Assembly (NCBI GenBank): GCA_976226885.1
Contig: OZ320314.1
Coordinates: forward strand, 64,046,001 to 64,110,000
Origin: Iphione sp. A-MEVVRFRX5
Lineage: Eukaryota
DNA: 64,000 nt
Reading direction: 5' to 3'
Shown here: positions 37,589-50,489 of the stretch, in pieces
How the letters are laid out: each line of letters starts with the position of its first letter
How positions within the stretch are numbered: the first letter of the stretch is position 1
The notes under the pieces: model-generated
Databases searched by the model: none
What the model was told of the DNA's origin: nothing
What the model saw: the letters and a program-made list of their open reading frames with translations, nothing else
Program-made: the position numbers and the translations under genes

Positions 37589-38049
37589 ATAAAAGAATGG
37601 GTTCCTGAAATCCTAGGCTTATACAAATCAAATTTTAAAAACCCAAATATTTCAAACAACCAATAAAATCTTATGAAAGTTTACAATTGCCATAAAAATA
37701 TGCTACATTGTGACACAGAAGAACCGACCTCCCTCAGTACTCATAATTTCTTTTGGGGGCAGGAGAAGTAATATTGTAAATGCTGACAGGTCAATATAGT
37801 CTACCTGGCAATAACCTCTGTCAAAACGCGTCATTATTACACTCATGTCATCCTCATTGTTGTGCCACTATCGGGTGTCTTGTACCATCGACTCGGTGAT
37901 AGGTCAATTGTCGGTGTTGAATATTGTAAAGTGTATAGTTATAAGAAATATAAGTAAGGCTTTGTTGTAATATTATAAGAGAGTATACAGTACCCAAATA
38001 GATATTTTTGCATCTCTAATATTACTGAAAGGGTACACATGGTACAGAT

Positions 38050-40070
38050 GGATGCCATAAGCCCCACCCTCTGCCTCGCCGGGACCCTTTGGAGAGGTCA
38101 GAACCCAACTGACAGATTGTCCACAGGGCGAGTCTCTTCTGACGGAGCTCCAGTCTGCTGCGGTAGCCTGTCCATGAGGTCTGTCTCCTTGCTGGCCTGA
38201 TGTACCTCTGCTTCCTGTCCTGCAGGGGCTCTTACCAGTGGCACCACAGTGGAATCTGTAGAACTAACCAGCAGGACTGCCTGCCTCTTGCCATTGAGCT
38301 GCTCAACCTTCTTGTCAAGCATCTCGCTGTAGCCACGGGGGCAGAAGCTGGGCTCACCATCTCATGAGCCTCAGATATGACCACTCATTCCTCATACCAG
38401 TAGGCAGCCCATGTGGGCTGGGCATTATCCTCTTCAGCAATTGGAGAGGTATCGGATGTGTGCCCCTCCGATGACATATCCAGATTCCTCCTAGCAGTCA
38501 CAGTGGATGTGCCAGGCTGCATGGACAACAGGGGGTCTTAGGTCAAATAGAGGGCTTCCTCCTTTGTGGTGACATAAGTATCAGTGTGACAGCCCATGCT
38601 AGCAAGACAGGTGGTGTAACCTCCCCCCCCATGTCAGAGGTGACAGGACTTCCTCTGCCAGCTCTCCTCTCTTCCAGGCAGTCAGTTTTCCCCCACCTAG
38701 GGAAAACCAACCCCCAGCCAGGCATTGGAGATGTGGGAAGGATACTCAGTCCCTCCCACTGGGCTCTATTCAGTGACTTTCTGGAGGTCTCCTCCTCTTT
38801 GGAGTTGTGGAGCCCGGCTATTCCTTGCTTTTGCAGGTTGACGTCTGGGCTAAGTAGGCCTCACACTGATTTGCAACCTCAATGTGGGTCGTTAAAGAGC
38901 TGGGAGTGCCCAGTCATGGAGGGATCTCCTCATTCAAATCGTTGATAGCCTGCTGGAGAGTACTATCGAGAACTCAAGGTGATCCGGGGATCTCAACCAC
39001 TACCTGATGCTCCCCACCAATAGACAGGCCAGCCACTGTGACCTCGCTAGTGTGCGGGGCCTTCCTTGTCCATGCTGCACAGGAGCAGGTTGCAGGTCCT
39101 GCTCCTCCTCAGTCACTGCGGGGCAGCCTTCTTCTTGGGTCCCTTTTTCTTTTGGGATTATGACAAGGAGTTGGCCATCTCCCAGTTTTGGCATTGCCAT
39201 CCTCCATGCTGTCCATTACCATGGTCGGGGGAGACACCTCCTCCCCCAGAAGGCCTCGAACTGGTGGCACAGATTATCTTTCTTCTGTAAAATCTTCCCT
39301 CCATATTTTGCATGAGGACAGCCCCGGGCCTGGTGGGTGAATGCATGCATGTGCAGATTGTCGGCTCATTTGCTGGTAAGTTGTTGTACGTCACACAACC
39401 ATAGATCCCGTCTCCTTTCTTGTTGTGCATCTTGACTTCGCAATGCAGTCAGAAGTAATGGTGGAAGTCCATAGTGCCGCCACCTTTTATAATCTCACTG
39501 GGTGACCAACCCTCTGCAAGCCACTAGAGTGGTCCAGAGGTTTTCAGCAGGAAACGTGATTCCTGCTGTCGTTGTAGGTGGTGCCACCATGTAGACCACT
39601 GCAACAGACTCTGCCGCATCAAGGGAGTCAAGCCCCTCCGTGCCTTCAAGTTGTTGGCCCATATTTGATCCTACAGAGGTATCTGGCCTCTGCTCACTGG
39701 GCTTCAAGATGTCTCCATGCACCACTATTCCTGCCACCCCTTGTGTTTTTGATACACTGCTGCCAATAACTTCTGCCTCAACTTCCTCGACCCTTGTCAG
39801 AAGCGCTCCAACTTTGCTGATCTTAACACTCTCTTTAGTGCATGGTAGAACCAGGTAAACCTTATCCTTGACATCATACTCCATGGGCACCCCTGCAGTC
39901 TATCAGGTGGTCTGTCTCTCCACCCCTTGTGCCAGTCGACGCCACCACACCAGAGTGAAGGCGGCTTTCATCTTGCATAGTTCCTCCATGGATGCACCGG
40001 GGACCTCATCACCCTCCTCAGTGTCCATGCTCCCATACATCTCCATCGGGAGTGCTGTCTCCTGATTTGA
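38050..40070 (-). mobile_element. Decayed 3' part of a Ty3/Gypsy LTR retrotransposon (integrase C-terminus plus downstream region)
   Basis: In-frame EELCKMKAAFTLV...LAQGVERQTT**TAGVPMEYDVKDKVYLVLP...IVVHGDILKP matches the usual Gypsy integrase tail (R.AF..V...L..AQERQK..YD...Y.VGDKV.L; VVH..RLKP). A purine-rich PPT-like stretch lies near 38070-38085. Confidence 0.6.
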
Positions 40071-40619
40071 TTTGAGACTTGAGAACCTTTTATTCCTGTA
40101 TACATGTCTGATCAATACTATATAATAGTATAATGGTTCAGATTGTTATACAAAATGATGGATGCAGTGAGACAAGAACAGGGATTGACAGTATGTCATA
40201 CTTAGTTACAAGTAATACTAAAGGCCATAATGTTCAGTTTACACATGCATGAGTTCTTATGTACGTCTCTCTCCCTCTGCCACTGGTAGTATGACTCTGT
40301 AAACAAGGCTTCAGAGACTGCTGCCCGGGAAGCCAGTCACCCTCTGCTGAACATTCCACTTCCTCACTTTATTCATTTTCCAATGCATGCTTAAAATGCT
40401 CATGACGGGGCTCCCCATACCAACTTCCCTTTACCATTGGGTGAAACCTCTGCACTAACCTTTCTGTGTTGGCAGTGAGCTGTAGAAGGTCCTTCTGGGC
40501 CTTATATTGGTAGCGTGGTAGCTGAGTTTTGTAAATGTCTATTTGATCCTTGGACTGAAATCGATCTGCAAGTGTCTCTCAAAGGTAACCACGTGCTCCC
40601 GGCTCCTAAAACCAGACTC

Positions 40620-41500
40620 CAGCATTCCTCACCACCACTCTGGCTGGTTCATGGAGACAAATTCTTAATTGTGGTGTGTGGTACCATGGTGGACTATTCA
40701 CACTGCCTGGACCAAGTAAAGACGGATATCCACCAGAAGTGTATGATTGTCAAAGAGGAGTGGTTCCTCAGCGACCATATCATTGTCAGTATAGTAGTGA
40801 AGAAGAGCGGGATGCACCTGACATCATCTACTATTAAGTATCGCAGATGGAGTGATATCAACCTAGATGAGATGCGCGAAAAGCTGAAGGAGAGTGGCCC
40901 CATCATGCAAGGTGACCACCAAGAGGCTTGGGACAACTTTGAATCACAACTCAAGGAAATCCTAGATAAGGTGTGGCCAAGACGTTCAATGAAGGTAAAA
41001 CATGCCCAAGAGCGGTTTATCCCTAGCCCAGAGACAACTGAGCCAATAAGGGATAGGGCACATTACTTTTGAAAATGGAAAAGGCAGGGCTGCGAGCGCA
41101 GCAGGCGAATTTTCAAATTCCTCAGTAAAAGAGTGAAATTATGAAGTGGGAACGGAAGATGTTATGGCAGGATAAACTGTGGGCCGCAAGCAAGAACACC
41201 CAACAAATCTGGCGAGTGCTGAACGATGGCCTTGGAAAGGCAGCACACAATCACAAACTGAAGAGTTTCTGGTGGAAACATTCAACAACCACTTCATGGA
41301 TGAGGTGGAGAAGCTAACAGCAAGATTAATTGCCCCTAAAGAGATCAGCAGGAATCCACCTGGACCTACCTTCGACATTCCTATGCCAACCCCAATTAAA
41401 GTCATGAGAACAATATTCAGACTTGCAACAACCAAACCATTGGGAATTGAGGGTATTCCCACACAGGTGGTCAAACCTATACTGACGCTGGCCCCAGGCT
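40620..41500 (+). mobile_element. CR1/L2-group LINE ORF2 fragment (end of endonuclease plus linker)
   Basis: LDQVKT..FLSDHIIV, YRRWSDINLDEMREKL, WRVLNDGLG, FNNHF and KPLGIEGIP..VVK motifs, with stops and frameshifts. Confidence 0.65.
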
Positions 41501-41569
41501 TCATTTTTTGGATCATGGTGAGTATACTAATCCATCTACTGGCTGCTACCACAAGCCTGAAGTTAATGC

Positions 41570-41710
41570 TTGAAGTCAGATAGGTCTGTAGCCCTGTCAA
41601 ATGTCTCAAGCTTGACTCTCCCACAACGAAGGCAATCTTTCTGCATGCCCCGGGGATAAGGTGCATCCTTGAAATCCATCCCCACATCTGAGTCTTCATC
41701 TGAACTCACC
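41570..41710 (-). mobile_element. Gypsy gag N-terminal fragment
   Basis: SSDEDSDVGMDFKD...RVKLETFDRATDLSDFK resembles the K.E.FDG..D..DF start of Gypsy gag. Confidence 0.35.
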
Positions 41711-41960
41711 TTTGAGGTATGCCCCGCCTTCCATTCTTCCGTTCCAGCTATTTTGGCCTCACTTGGAACAATATATTTATATGCTTATCAAGAATTTTAC
41801 TTACCCTATGTGCTCCCTGCTGCAATTGATAGCTCTATTATTACCCTCCTCCTCCCCCAAAAGGCCAGGAGCTATATGATATCTGTAACTGGCGGTCGTT
41901 CTCCCTTTCTAATTTAGATTATAAAATTGTGGCCACAGTGGTAGCTAGTCGTGCATTTCT
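41710..41960 (+). mobile_element. Tx1/L1-clade RT fragment
   Basis: SIITLL(fs)PKGQELYDICNWRSFSLSNLDYKIVATVVASR corresponds to RT domain 0/1 (..NWRPISLLN.DYKI...). Confidence 0.6.
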
Positions 41961-41979
41961 GATATTGTTAATGTACTTT

Positions 41980-44289
41980 AAACCGGATGTATTAGGAAAA
42001 GATCTATTTATGATAATCGGTTTGGTACCGCAGGTGGCGGTAGCGGCTTATCTTCATAGACACCAGAGGGCCCCAAGGGATATATATAGAAGTGCCACGT
42101 CACAGTTGTTTATTCCCCTAGCCACTGCTGCCTCGATAATTGCAGTAACACCGAACGATACGTACAGACCAGACAATGTCGAGCAAGGAGGAACCTGATG
42201 TCAAGGCCATGTTCCGGGAAATAACTACACACATGAAATCCATGGAGAGTAGGCTTGATAATATTGAGAAAAGCAAGGACTCGAAGCTACAAGCTACCCA
42301 TACCTCCATTCTGACCAGCTAAAAAGGCGGCTGGGGACAGCGCGGGGTCACTGGCACCACGAGGCGACGACAACGCTGATACCGCCGAGAACGACCAAGC
42401 TGACGAACCCTCAGAATTTCCAAGTCTGGATGAACTGAGAGACATTGGAGATGATAACATGGAGGCACTCCTGTGATCCATCTACCCTGATTCGCTGGAT
42501 GTGAAAGGTAAGACGCACACCAGCTGCATATGTCTACCTTCCTGGTGTAGAAAAACCAGACATGGATGCCCTATCACCATTCCAGTATATCCAGGGTCTC
42601 CTAAAAATGTTCTCAGATAATAAGTTGCCAAAAACCGTCAGTAAGAACGACATACTGGAGCATGCAAGGGACTTCGCAGGAGAGGCTATTTCGGTACCAT
42701 GGCCCCCACTCAAAAAATGGGTCATGGGAGCTGTGGGAGGAGGTGGGAACGAAACGTATCGCACTCTCAGACACTCAAAAAAACCAACAATTGAAATCCA
42801 AAGCACTTAGTGAATGGCAGATCACCACTAGGGACAATACCACAGTTCAGTTGATATGCCTGTTTTGGATGCAGTCGAAATGCAAAAAAGACTCACCTCA
42901 CACATACTCTGAACTCATATTAATACATGCCTGCCCAGTTTGTTTTTACTTTTTCGCCAAGCCCCTTGATCATCGACTCGATGCATGCTGACAGAAACGT
43001 CGCCTGATGAAGGAGGAGAAGAAACCCTGGACCGACAGCCAACCCCAACCACAGAGGCAGCCTCGAGGCCAAGACCAGATATGGCAGTCGACCTGGGCAA
43101 CTTCACAATCAGCTCAGTAGATCCGTGGGCTTCGACTGCCCACAACACATCATTTCCGGGCAATGCTACTCGTCTCCAGGCCTGGCCACCAAGCCTGTAC
43201 CATAATCTTCCCCAAGTCCTGACAGTCTGGCCACGACCGGCCCCTAACTGTCCGGATCCCTACAGGCAGATTTATGAAGAGGTGAGAGCCTCGGTGCATC
43301 ATAACATGTCTGAGGTCAAAAGACTGCTGCCATCACATCTGAACTTTAACCTGTGGAAAGAGGTCCTTCCCTCACACACTCATAATGACTCATTTTTATA
43401 CAATGCTCTACAGTTCGGTTTTCCCTTGGGTATCATAGGTTTGCCCACCCCATTTGTATCTGACATGAATTTCTTGTCTGCTACTCAGTTCCAAGCGAGT
43501 ATCAGAGAATACTTGTATGTTGAGTTACATGATCATGCTATCGTAGGCCCATTGTCATCTTCCCCATTCGACAGTTTCATTATTAGCCCTATGATGATTA
43601 GACCCAAGGACGGAGGCAGAAAGAGGCGCATAATCGTCGACCTGTCATCGTCAGGGGTCAATGGTATGATCCCAGACCATGACTATTGTGGTCTGCCAGT
43701 TCACCTCAAGCTGCCAACGATTTTGGATTTAGCTACATGTGCTGCTAAATCACCTCCGACTGCACTGTTGTTATCTGTTGATATCACTAGAGCATATCGT
43801 CATTTCAATGTCGACCCACTTTATTGGCCCTTCCTAGGTATAGCGTTTAACGACTCGCAATATTTCGACACTAGACTCCCCTTTGGGACCAGGTACAGTT
43901 CAACACTCTTGCAAGTGCTGTCAGAGAAAATAATAGCCTTTATTACAAGACGGTATTCATCTCTTAATGCGTTTGCTTACCTTGACAATTATGTCTTCCT
44001 TGCAGAGAATCCAGAAGAAGCAGGAGAAGCTTATTCTTATACTATATGGTTATTGTCCAGTTTAGGTTTACCCCCCGCTACACATAAGTGTCATCCACCG
44101 TCTCGTGCAATTACCTGGTTAGGAGTACATATTGATTTGGAGTCTATGCAGTTGTCAATCCCTATGGGGAAAGTATTACAATGCCTAGCTATGGTTAAGA
44201 AACTTTCTGCACAAACTTCGTTCTCTATCAGGCAAGCTCAAAGGTTGTTGGGATTGATCAACTTCATCATGTCCACATGGCTGAGCTGA
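41980..44289 (+). mobile_element. 5' half of an Ngaro/DIRS-type retrotransposon: decayed gag plus open 434-aa RT frame, truncated before RNase H
   Basis: A TATA-like TATATATAG near 42081 precedes gag starting MSSKEEPDVK at 42176, with a C..W...C...H...H.C..C...H zinc finger. RT (42985-44289) has GFPLG, GP.....F....SP...RPK....RRIIVDLS, DITRAYRH, DTRLPFG, YLDN and ITWLGVHID. Confidence 0.8.
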
Positions 44290-44309
44290 TAGACTAGAAG
44301 ATAGAGGGT

Positions 44310-44630
44310 GATGTTTCTCCTGACACTGCTAAGAAACTTTGCATATGCACAGCTAAGGTATCAAAAATCATTTGTCCAGATTTTCAAAAATTTCTGTGGA
44401 GAAATAAGAAAATTGCAGCGGGTCAAAGTAAGAATTTGTACATAGGATTTAGTGCAGACTCTGAACCAATGTCAAGGCAGAGAGTATATAGGTCAAATTC
44501 ATGTGCGCCACCTGGTTTCAATCGATGGGCTAATTGCAGAGTTTTGAAGTGTAGTACACCTCAATTGCTTTGTCTTCAAGATCCTGGGGAAGCACAGAAG
44601 TCTAACATCATGGAGTTGACTCCTTAGTAT
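44310..44630 (+). mobile_element. Possible Tx1/L1 ORF2 post-RT fragment
   Basis: FQKFLWRNKKIAAGQSKNLY resembles the IFKFLW.NK..KI.R..LY segment of L1/Tx1 ORF2. Confidence 0.35.
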
Positions 44631-44644
44631 TGTTGCCTGTCATG

Positions 44645-45418
44645 CCCAGTAAACAGGACTGTAATGGTCCTGTACCTGACCAGCACTCTTTATGATAACA
44701 ATCCAGTACAGGATATCAGTACTGTGCCACTACAGATTTGCAAATTGGCTGCCCAAATGGCCCAGTACTGGCAGTCCTGTACAGGTGCAGTACAGGTCCA
44801 GTATCAGAACTGCACTGAGCCAGTAAACATAACTTAAATGGATTTGTACCTGACCAACACAGTTAAAGATAAGGGTCCAGTACAGGCTATCAGTACTGAG
44901 CCAGTACAGAAATGCAAATTGGTTGCCTAGTAGAGCATGTACAAATATTCCAACAGCAAGGGTATAATGGTCTTCTTGGTATGTATCTATCACTTATTAA
45001 GGAGGGTAAAATTAGTTTTATTTTGTCAACAGGATGTGAAATATGAGACCTTGATGACAAACCAGAGGATGATGTCAGAGACAACATCCAAAGAAAAGAA
45101 CATAGACTTTCAGGTACTTCTAATTTCTGATGTCTTATGTTTTATCTTTTTCCAATACCAGGCCACCACTGGCAGGTAAACCTTAATCTATTGCCAGTAC
45201 TGACCTAGTACTGGTGTAACTGTAATGTTCCTGCAGTATATATTCTAATACAGGACTGATACCAGACCTGCACTTAACTTGTACAGGACTGCCAGTACTA
45301 GGCCCATAGGCAGTTAATTTACACTTCTGTACTGGCCTGGTACATAGACTGTACTGGACCATTATCTTAAACTGTACTGGTCAGGTACAGGTCCATTACA
45401 ATCATGTTTACTTGATTT
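44645..45418. mobile_element. Non-autonomous foldback element with long imperfect TIRs
   Basis: Left CCCAGTAAACAGGACTGTAATGGTCCTGTACCTGACCAG... versus reverse complement of the right end AGTAAACATGATTGTAATGGACCTGTACCTGACCAG...; similarity extends about 150 bp. An internal duplication lies in the left arm (44660-44750 versus 44845-44935). Confidence 0.65.
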
Positions 45419-47397
45419 TTCTCATCACAATTTACAAAGCCCTCTATTATCACCCACTACCACATTTGCAAAAGTATTTTGCAACCATTCTTCAAAGATA
45501 TTCAAGTTAACAATGCACTAACAAATGGCCTAGTGAATTATTGGTTACTCATGTTCAATATCACAGACTTTTATAGATATAAAACTATATTTACCTGTAA
45601 AATGCAAATTCTGTGGCACTCTGTACTGTATCTCTCTACTTTTGACTGTTGATTTTTGATTTGTGAATTTTCACCACTAGGTGGCAGGCACATTATTTGA
45701 TAACAATGCCAATACCAGACCAATAGTGGGCCATTATAACATTTAGATACAAAACACACAAGGTATTGGCTACTATTGGCTGGGTAATGGCTTTTACTTG
45801 CCATTACTTCCTGATCTAACAGTACAAAATCAGTCTTGGACCAATACAGGCATGTTCACTCGGATAATTAGTGATGAATCGCTTCTTGACCACCTCTTTT
45901 TTTTATTCCTATTATTGTGGCTAACACCTTTTGAAAAAATATGTTGTCAAGTTTTTTTTCTAACCAAACCATAACATTATATAAATATGTTTCATTTTAA
46001 CTTACCTAAATGCTATGATATAATATTTATACGACACTGTGCGAAGGTTTTTCTTTATTGTAACCAAACCATTTTGCATTAGGTAAAGTATAAGGACAAG
46101 CATTATAATGTACAAGTTATAATGCATGTTATAATTTATTCCCTTGTGCTGGGATACAGTGTAGTTACTGACCTATATTGGGGGGTATGGTAAACAAGTG
46201 TGTACCAACACTGTGGGTATGCGAAAAAAAATCCACACAAATAATAGGTCATTTATTTATATATCAAGGCTGGAATAAAGGCAAAACCAGTATGGTGAGC
46301 TGTGGATGAAGCAAAATACTCATTCAGGCAGCATTATCATACCAAACTTGGCCTTCCGGTATTCATGCTACCTGAAATCATATTTTACTTCATCCAGTCA
46401 CACCATACCTGTTTTGTCTAAGCACTAGGGGGTATACATGTGCTTGATCTTTGGCAAGGGTTAGTTCTAAGAGCAGGGTCTGCTCCAGGCAGGGTCCACA
46501 GCAGTTCTTAGTCAAAATGTCACCTGGTCAAAATGTCACATCTTCCTTGAAGTCAAAATGTCACCTCATTTTATAGTGTGACTTGCAAGGGCAAGCTACT
46601 GGGTGGTTTATACCCATTTTAAAGGGAAGAGGTGTCAAGGTGACAATAGTTGAGTTTATACCACTAATTGGCAGTGTTATACTGCTAATTGGGGGTTTAT
46701 ACTCATTGCAAGGGAAAAGGTGTCAGAGTGACAATAGTTGAGTTTATACAGCTAATCATTATATTTACTAGTCCACATGGAACAACTTAGAACAAATTCA
46801 TTTTAAAAAATGGCTAAATTTAAGTTTAGGGGCCCCCTATTATTTCATATAAAATGAGACCAACAGCCCACAAATAGGGGCTGTGCAGATCTCCCCATAG
46901 TATGTAAAGATCCTAATGTCAAATGGGAGCTGTGGGAGGTCTCTCGTGCTCCCCACGCCCCCCCCCCCCTTCCACAATAAGTAAACATTCCAAATGCTTG
47001 GTCCAGCTGAAGGGACAAAGTGCCCCAAAATGATATTCAGAAATAAGCAAAGAAAATATCCTATGAACATCAAGTGTAATTACGGTGCAGACCCGTAGCC
47101 AGGACATTTTTGAGGGGGGGTTTCGGACGATACCCCAATATCAAAGAGGTGGAACTAATTTTTTTCATCCATATTAGGGTCTATAGTAATCAATCTCTAT
47201 GGGGGGTATCGTCTGATACCCCGGATACCCCCTTGGCTACAGGCCTTCAGTGGAAAGCCACCTTAACCCTTTCCTGACTGGGATAAGTGAAGATTTTGGA
47301 ATAGGTGACTGTAGTTTAACATATCATGTTCCGCTGTAGGGCTTACTACAAGAGATCCTTCATAATATTGTATATTATATGAAAGCTCTTGAATTAC

Positions 47398-49175
47398 ATC
47401 ACGGAAAAAATAAACTTGTCCTGGCCTTGTCTCTGGTAACAAGTTTTGCCTTGTCCTGTTGACAGTCATACAATGTACAAGTTTAGCATTGTCACTCAAA
47501 GTTTGTGACAAGTAAGGTTGTCATAAACTTCTTAATATGACAAGGTTAAATTTGTCGCTATGAAGAACTAAACACATCATAGGGTTGTCTCTAATGACAA
47601 GTTTTACCTCATCCTATTGACTGTCATACAATGTACAAGTTTAGCATTGTCACTCAAAGTTTGTGACTAGGAGGTTGTCATAAACTTGTCAAAATAACAA
47701 TTTTCCTTGCATATGGAGCTACACACTATGCCTCAGTACTCACTTGACTGGATGCTGCCACTGGCACTTGGTAACACACCTCCTCACACCCAAATGAGTT
47801 TTTTTGGAGGGGCCCAGATCAGGGCCAGCCTGAATTGGATACCACCAGTCGTAGTCCAGCTCTACACAGAAGATCAGCAAAGAGCAGCACCAGTGGACCT
47901 GCAACAGCTAGTGGCAAACACTCATCAGCTTACACAAATATTACAACAAGGACAAAAAGCTTAGAAAACAAAGTTATTTTTCTATCCCAGTTGTGAAGAA
48001 CCTGACTTGCCCCGAAGGGCCAGGTAAACAACTACAATAACAACAACAAACAAATACATGTACACTTATTATGTGATAGATACAGCACGAGTAGAGCATT
48101 GTATGTGATATATTACAAATGATGTCCGAGGCAGAGCCAAGGATATTATGAAGTAATATATCAAGTTTAGCTCACGAGGGCTAAAATGGAACATCAATCA
48201 CCATCCCACTCAGAACATAGATGTGAGAGATGGATGTACCCTATGTGGTTGACAGATGAGATACAAACATCAATTGTATCACACTTCAACAAAATGTCAA
48301 CAAATGTTGATACCTTGATTACTGCAATCAAATGGTGCCTGATAAGTCCAATTGGATGAAACCATGATAATTCAGTTGCTTAATTTTCAATTTGGCAACA
48401 TTTTTACTTGTTGGCCCATCCAAATAATACATAAAGGGAGAAATTGTCATATAAGACAGTTGTCATGGGTCACCATGGGATGTAACCACATATAGAACAT
48501 CACATGACCAACCACAATGGGTAGCAGTTATGAATGGAACTAATTCAGATCCACAGTCAAGGAAGCATCTGCAGTGTACATTCACCACAGCCATGTCTAA
48601 AAGATATTGAATTCTGATCGTGATGTATCGCGATCATACGTTTTTGTAAATTCAAGGTCCTAATCTTCATGCAAGACAAAATCCAATGCAACAGCCATGT
48701 AGGGGAGGTTCTTAGCTTCATTTTGGTATAAAGCACTTCTTTCTAGGACCATTTTAAAGGTATGTAATGAGTTGAAATGTTCACTCACCCCAGACAAGTG
48801 CCTCCTACCTCCATGACTGTTATTTAAGGTATGCTTCATTTGAATTTGAATGACAGGTTTTTCTTTCCTTTTTCTGATCTCAGAAAAACCTTTATATAGA
48901 GTTTAGTAACTCTACTAATAATACTCTATAATTCACAGTTGTATATTTATTGATATCCCTAAAATAATTTGGGTTTAGATTCTATCACTTCACTTTAAAA
49001 TAACTGCTGTAGTGAGACCTAAAGGATGACAAGTCTATGACAGGTTTATGACAAAGAAGTACTGTCAATTTGATTATATCTTTGTCATAGATAATTTAGA
49101 TTGTCAAAACCTGAATGACAACCCTAAAAATTGTCATATTGATGATGCCAGGACAAGTTGATTTTTTCAGTGATG
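47398..49175. mobile_element. Decayed TIR element with internal 160-bp-period direct repeat and an inserted LINE-like 3' end
   Basis: CATCACGGAAAAAATAAACTTGTCCTGGC (about 47398-47430) is inverted relative to GCCAGGACAAGTTGATTTTTTCAGTGATG (about 49146-49175). A direct repeat occurs at 47458-47545 and 47617-47700. The segment 47700-48050 ends in an (AAC)n-like tail. Confidence 0.4.
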
Positions 49176-50489
49176 TTATTTTAAAAACATTATTATTTGA
49201 TATATTTGGTAACCATGGCAACAAGGCAGGATTGAAAAGAGGATATAAGTTAGAAAATTTACATTTAATTTACATGGTGGTAAACACAAAAAAATATTGC
49301 TCATAGAAGAAAGTGTTCAGGATGTGATTTCCAGTATTTTGATACCTAATTTGCTTCTGTATGTAATGTAGAACACATTTAGTCATGACTTGTAAGTATA
49401 CATGTTTTGCATAAAACAGTGCATCACCGTATGCATAAGCATCACTGATGCATCATGGGATATATGAAAAATAAAAATATTCATAATTGATTAAAAAATA
49501 CTACTCAAATATGACTCATAACAAAATAAACTATGAATTTCCTCATCATTTTATGGGTAGAAATTGAGATCAGATCATTTATATTACATAAAAGCCATAT
49601 ATAATACTACAAAATATTATAAGACAGGTTAAGAAGGTTATAAGACATTATATGCTATATCTTTAGTATTATTCCCACTAATAATCTATCAAAAACCTCT
49701 GATAAGGTAAAAAAATAAACACTCTTATATTTCATGGAAATTATTTGAGAATACAGCATAAATTTATCAGTTATTTACAAATTTAATGCATATTTGTATT
49801 GAAACATCTACAAATATAATATTATGTGAAAATGCTCATTTCCGTGGCTCTAACAAGTCATGTGACTTCTTTTCCATGGTTACCCAATGTATTTTTTTAT
49901 AATTTCAAATGGCATTGAATGCCTTATGATACCATCTTGCTTTGTACCAAATATAAAAAAGATCTATGAAATATCAATAACCTAGCCCATGGATTTAATA
50001 AAATTGATCACCAGTGATCAATTTACTATTGTTGATCCTTAAAGGGTTACGGACACGTCTTAAATGGGGACAAATCACCATAGGGACACTTTTGAGAAGA
50101 ACAGATCCTATTTGTTCCATACGAAGTCCCTAATATGGACACATCTCAAATAGGGACACTTTGGGACAGAATCAAGGGTGTCTTGATTAGAGGTTTTCCA
50201 CTGCAATCTGTAGATAAACTAGTCAAAAGAACAAGAAATATGGTGACATTTTGACTTTCTAATTTGGGTGACATTTTGACCTGTCCCCATCTGCAGCTGC
50301 ATATGTTGGGGTATTGTCGCCATTGCAAAGAAAAGACAACTCTTAAATGGGTTAAACTCAGTGTATTATTATTACCACTGGAAACATAGTTATACATTTC
50401 TGACGTTGATGGAACGTTTTATCTTCTTTCTGAAGCTATAACCTTATGTAGTGGTTAGAAGAAACTGCGCAAAACGAATACCCACCTCG

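Noticed and set aside
47263-47300. TTAA-CCCTTT piggyBac-like end (also at 6628)
   Set aside because: No matching opposite terminus or piggyBac transposase found in the window, so it is not called as an element.
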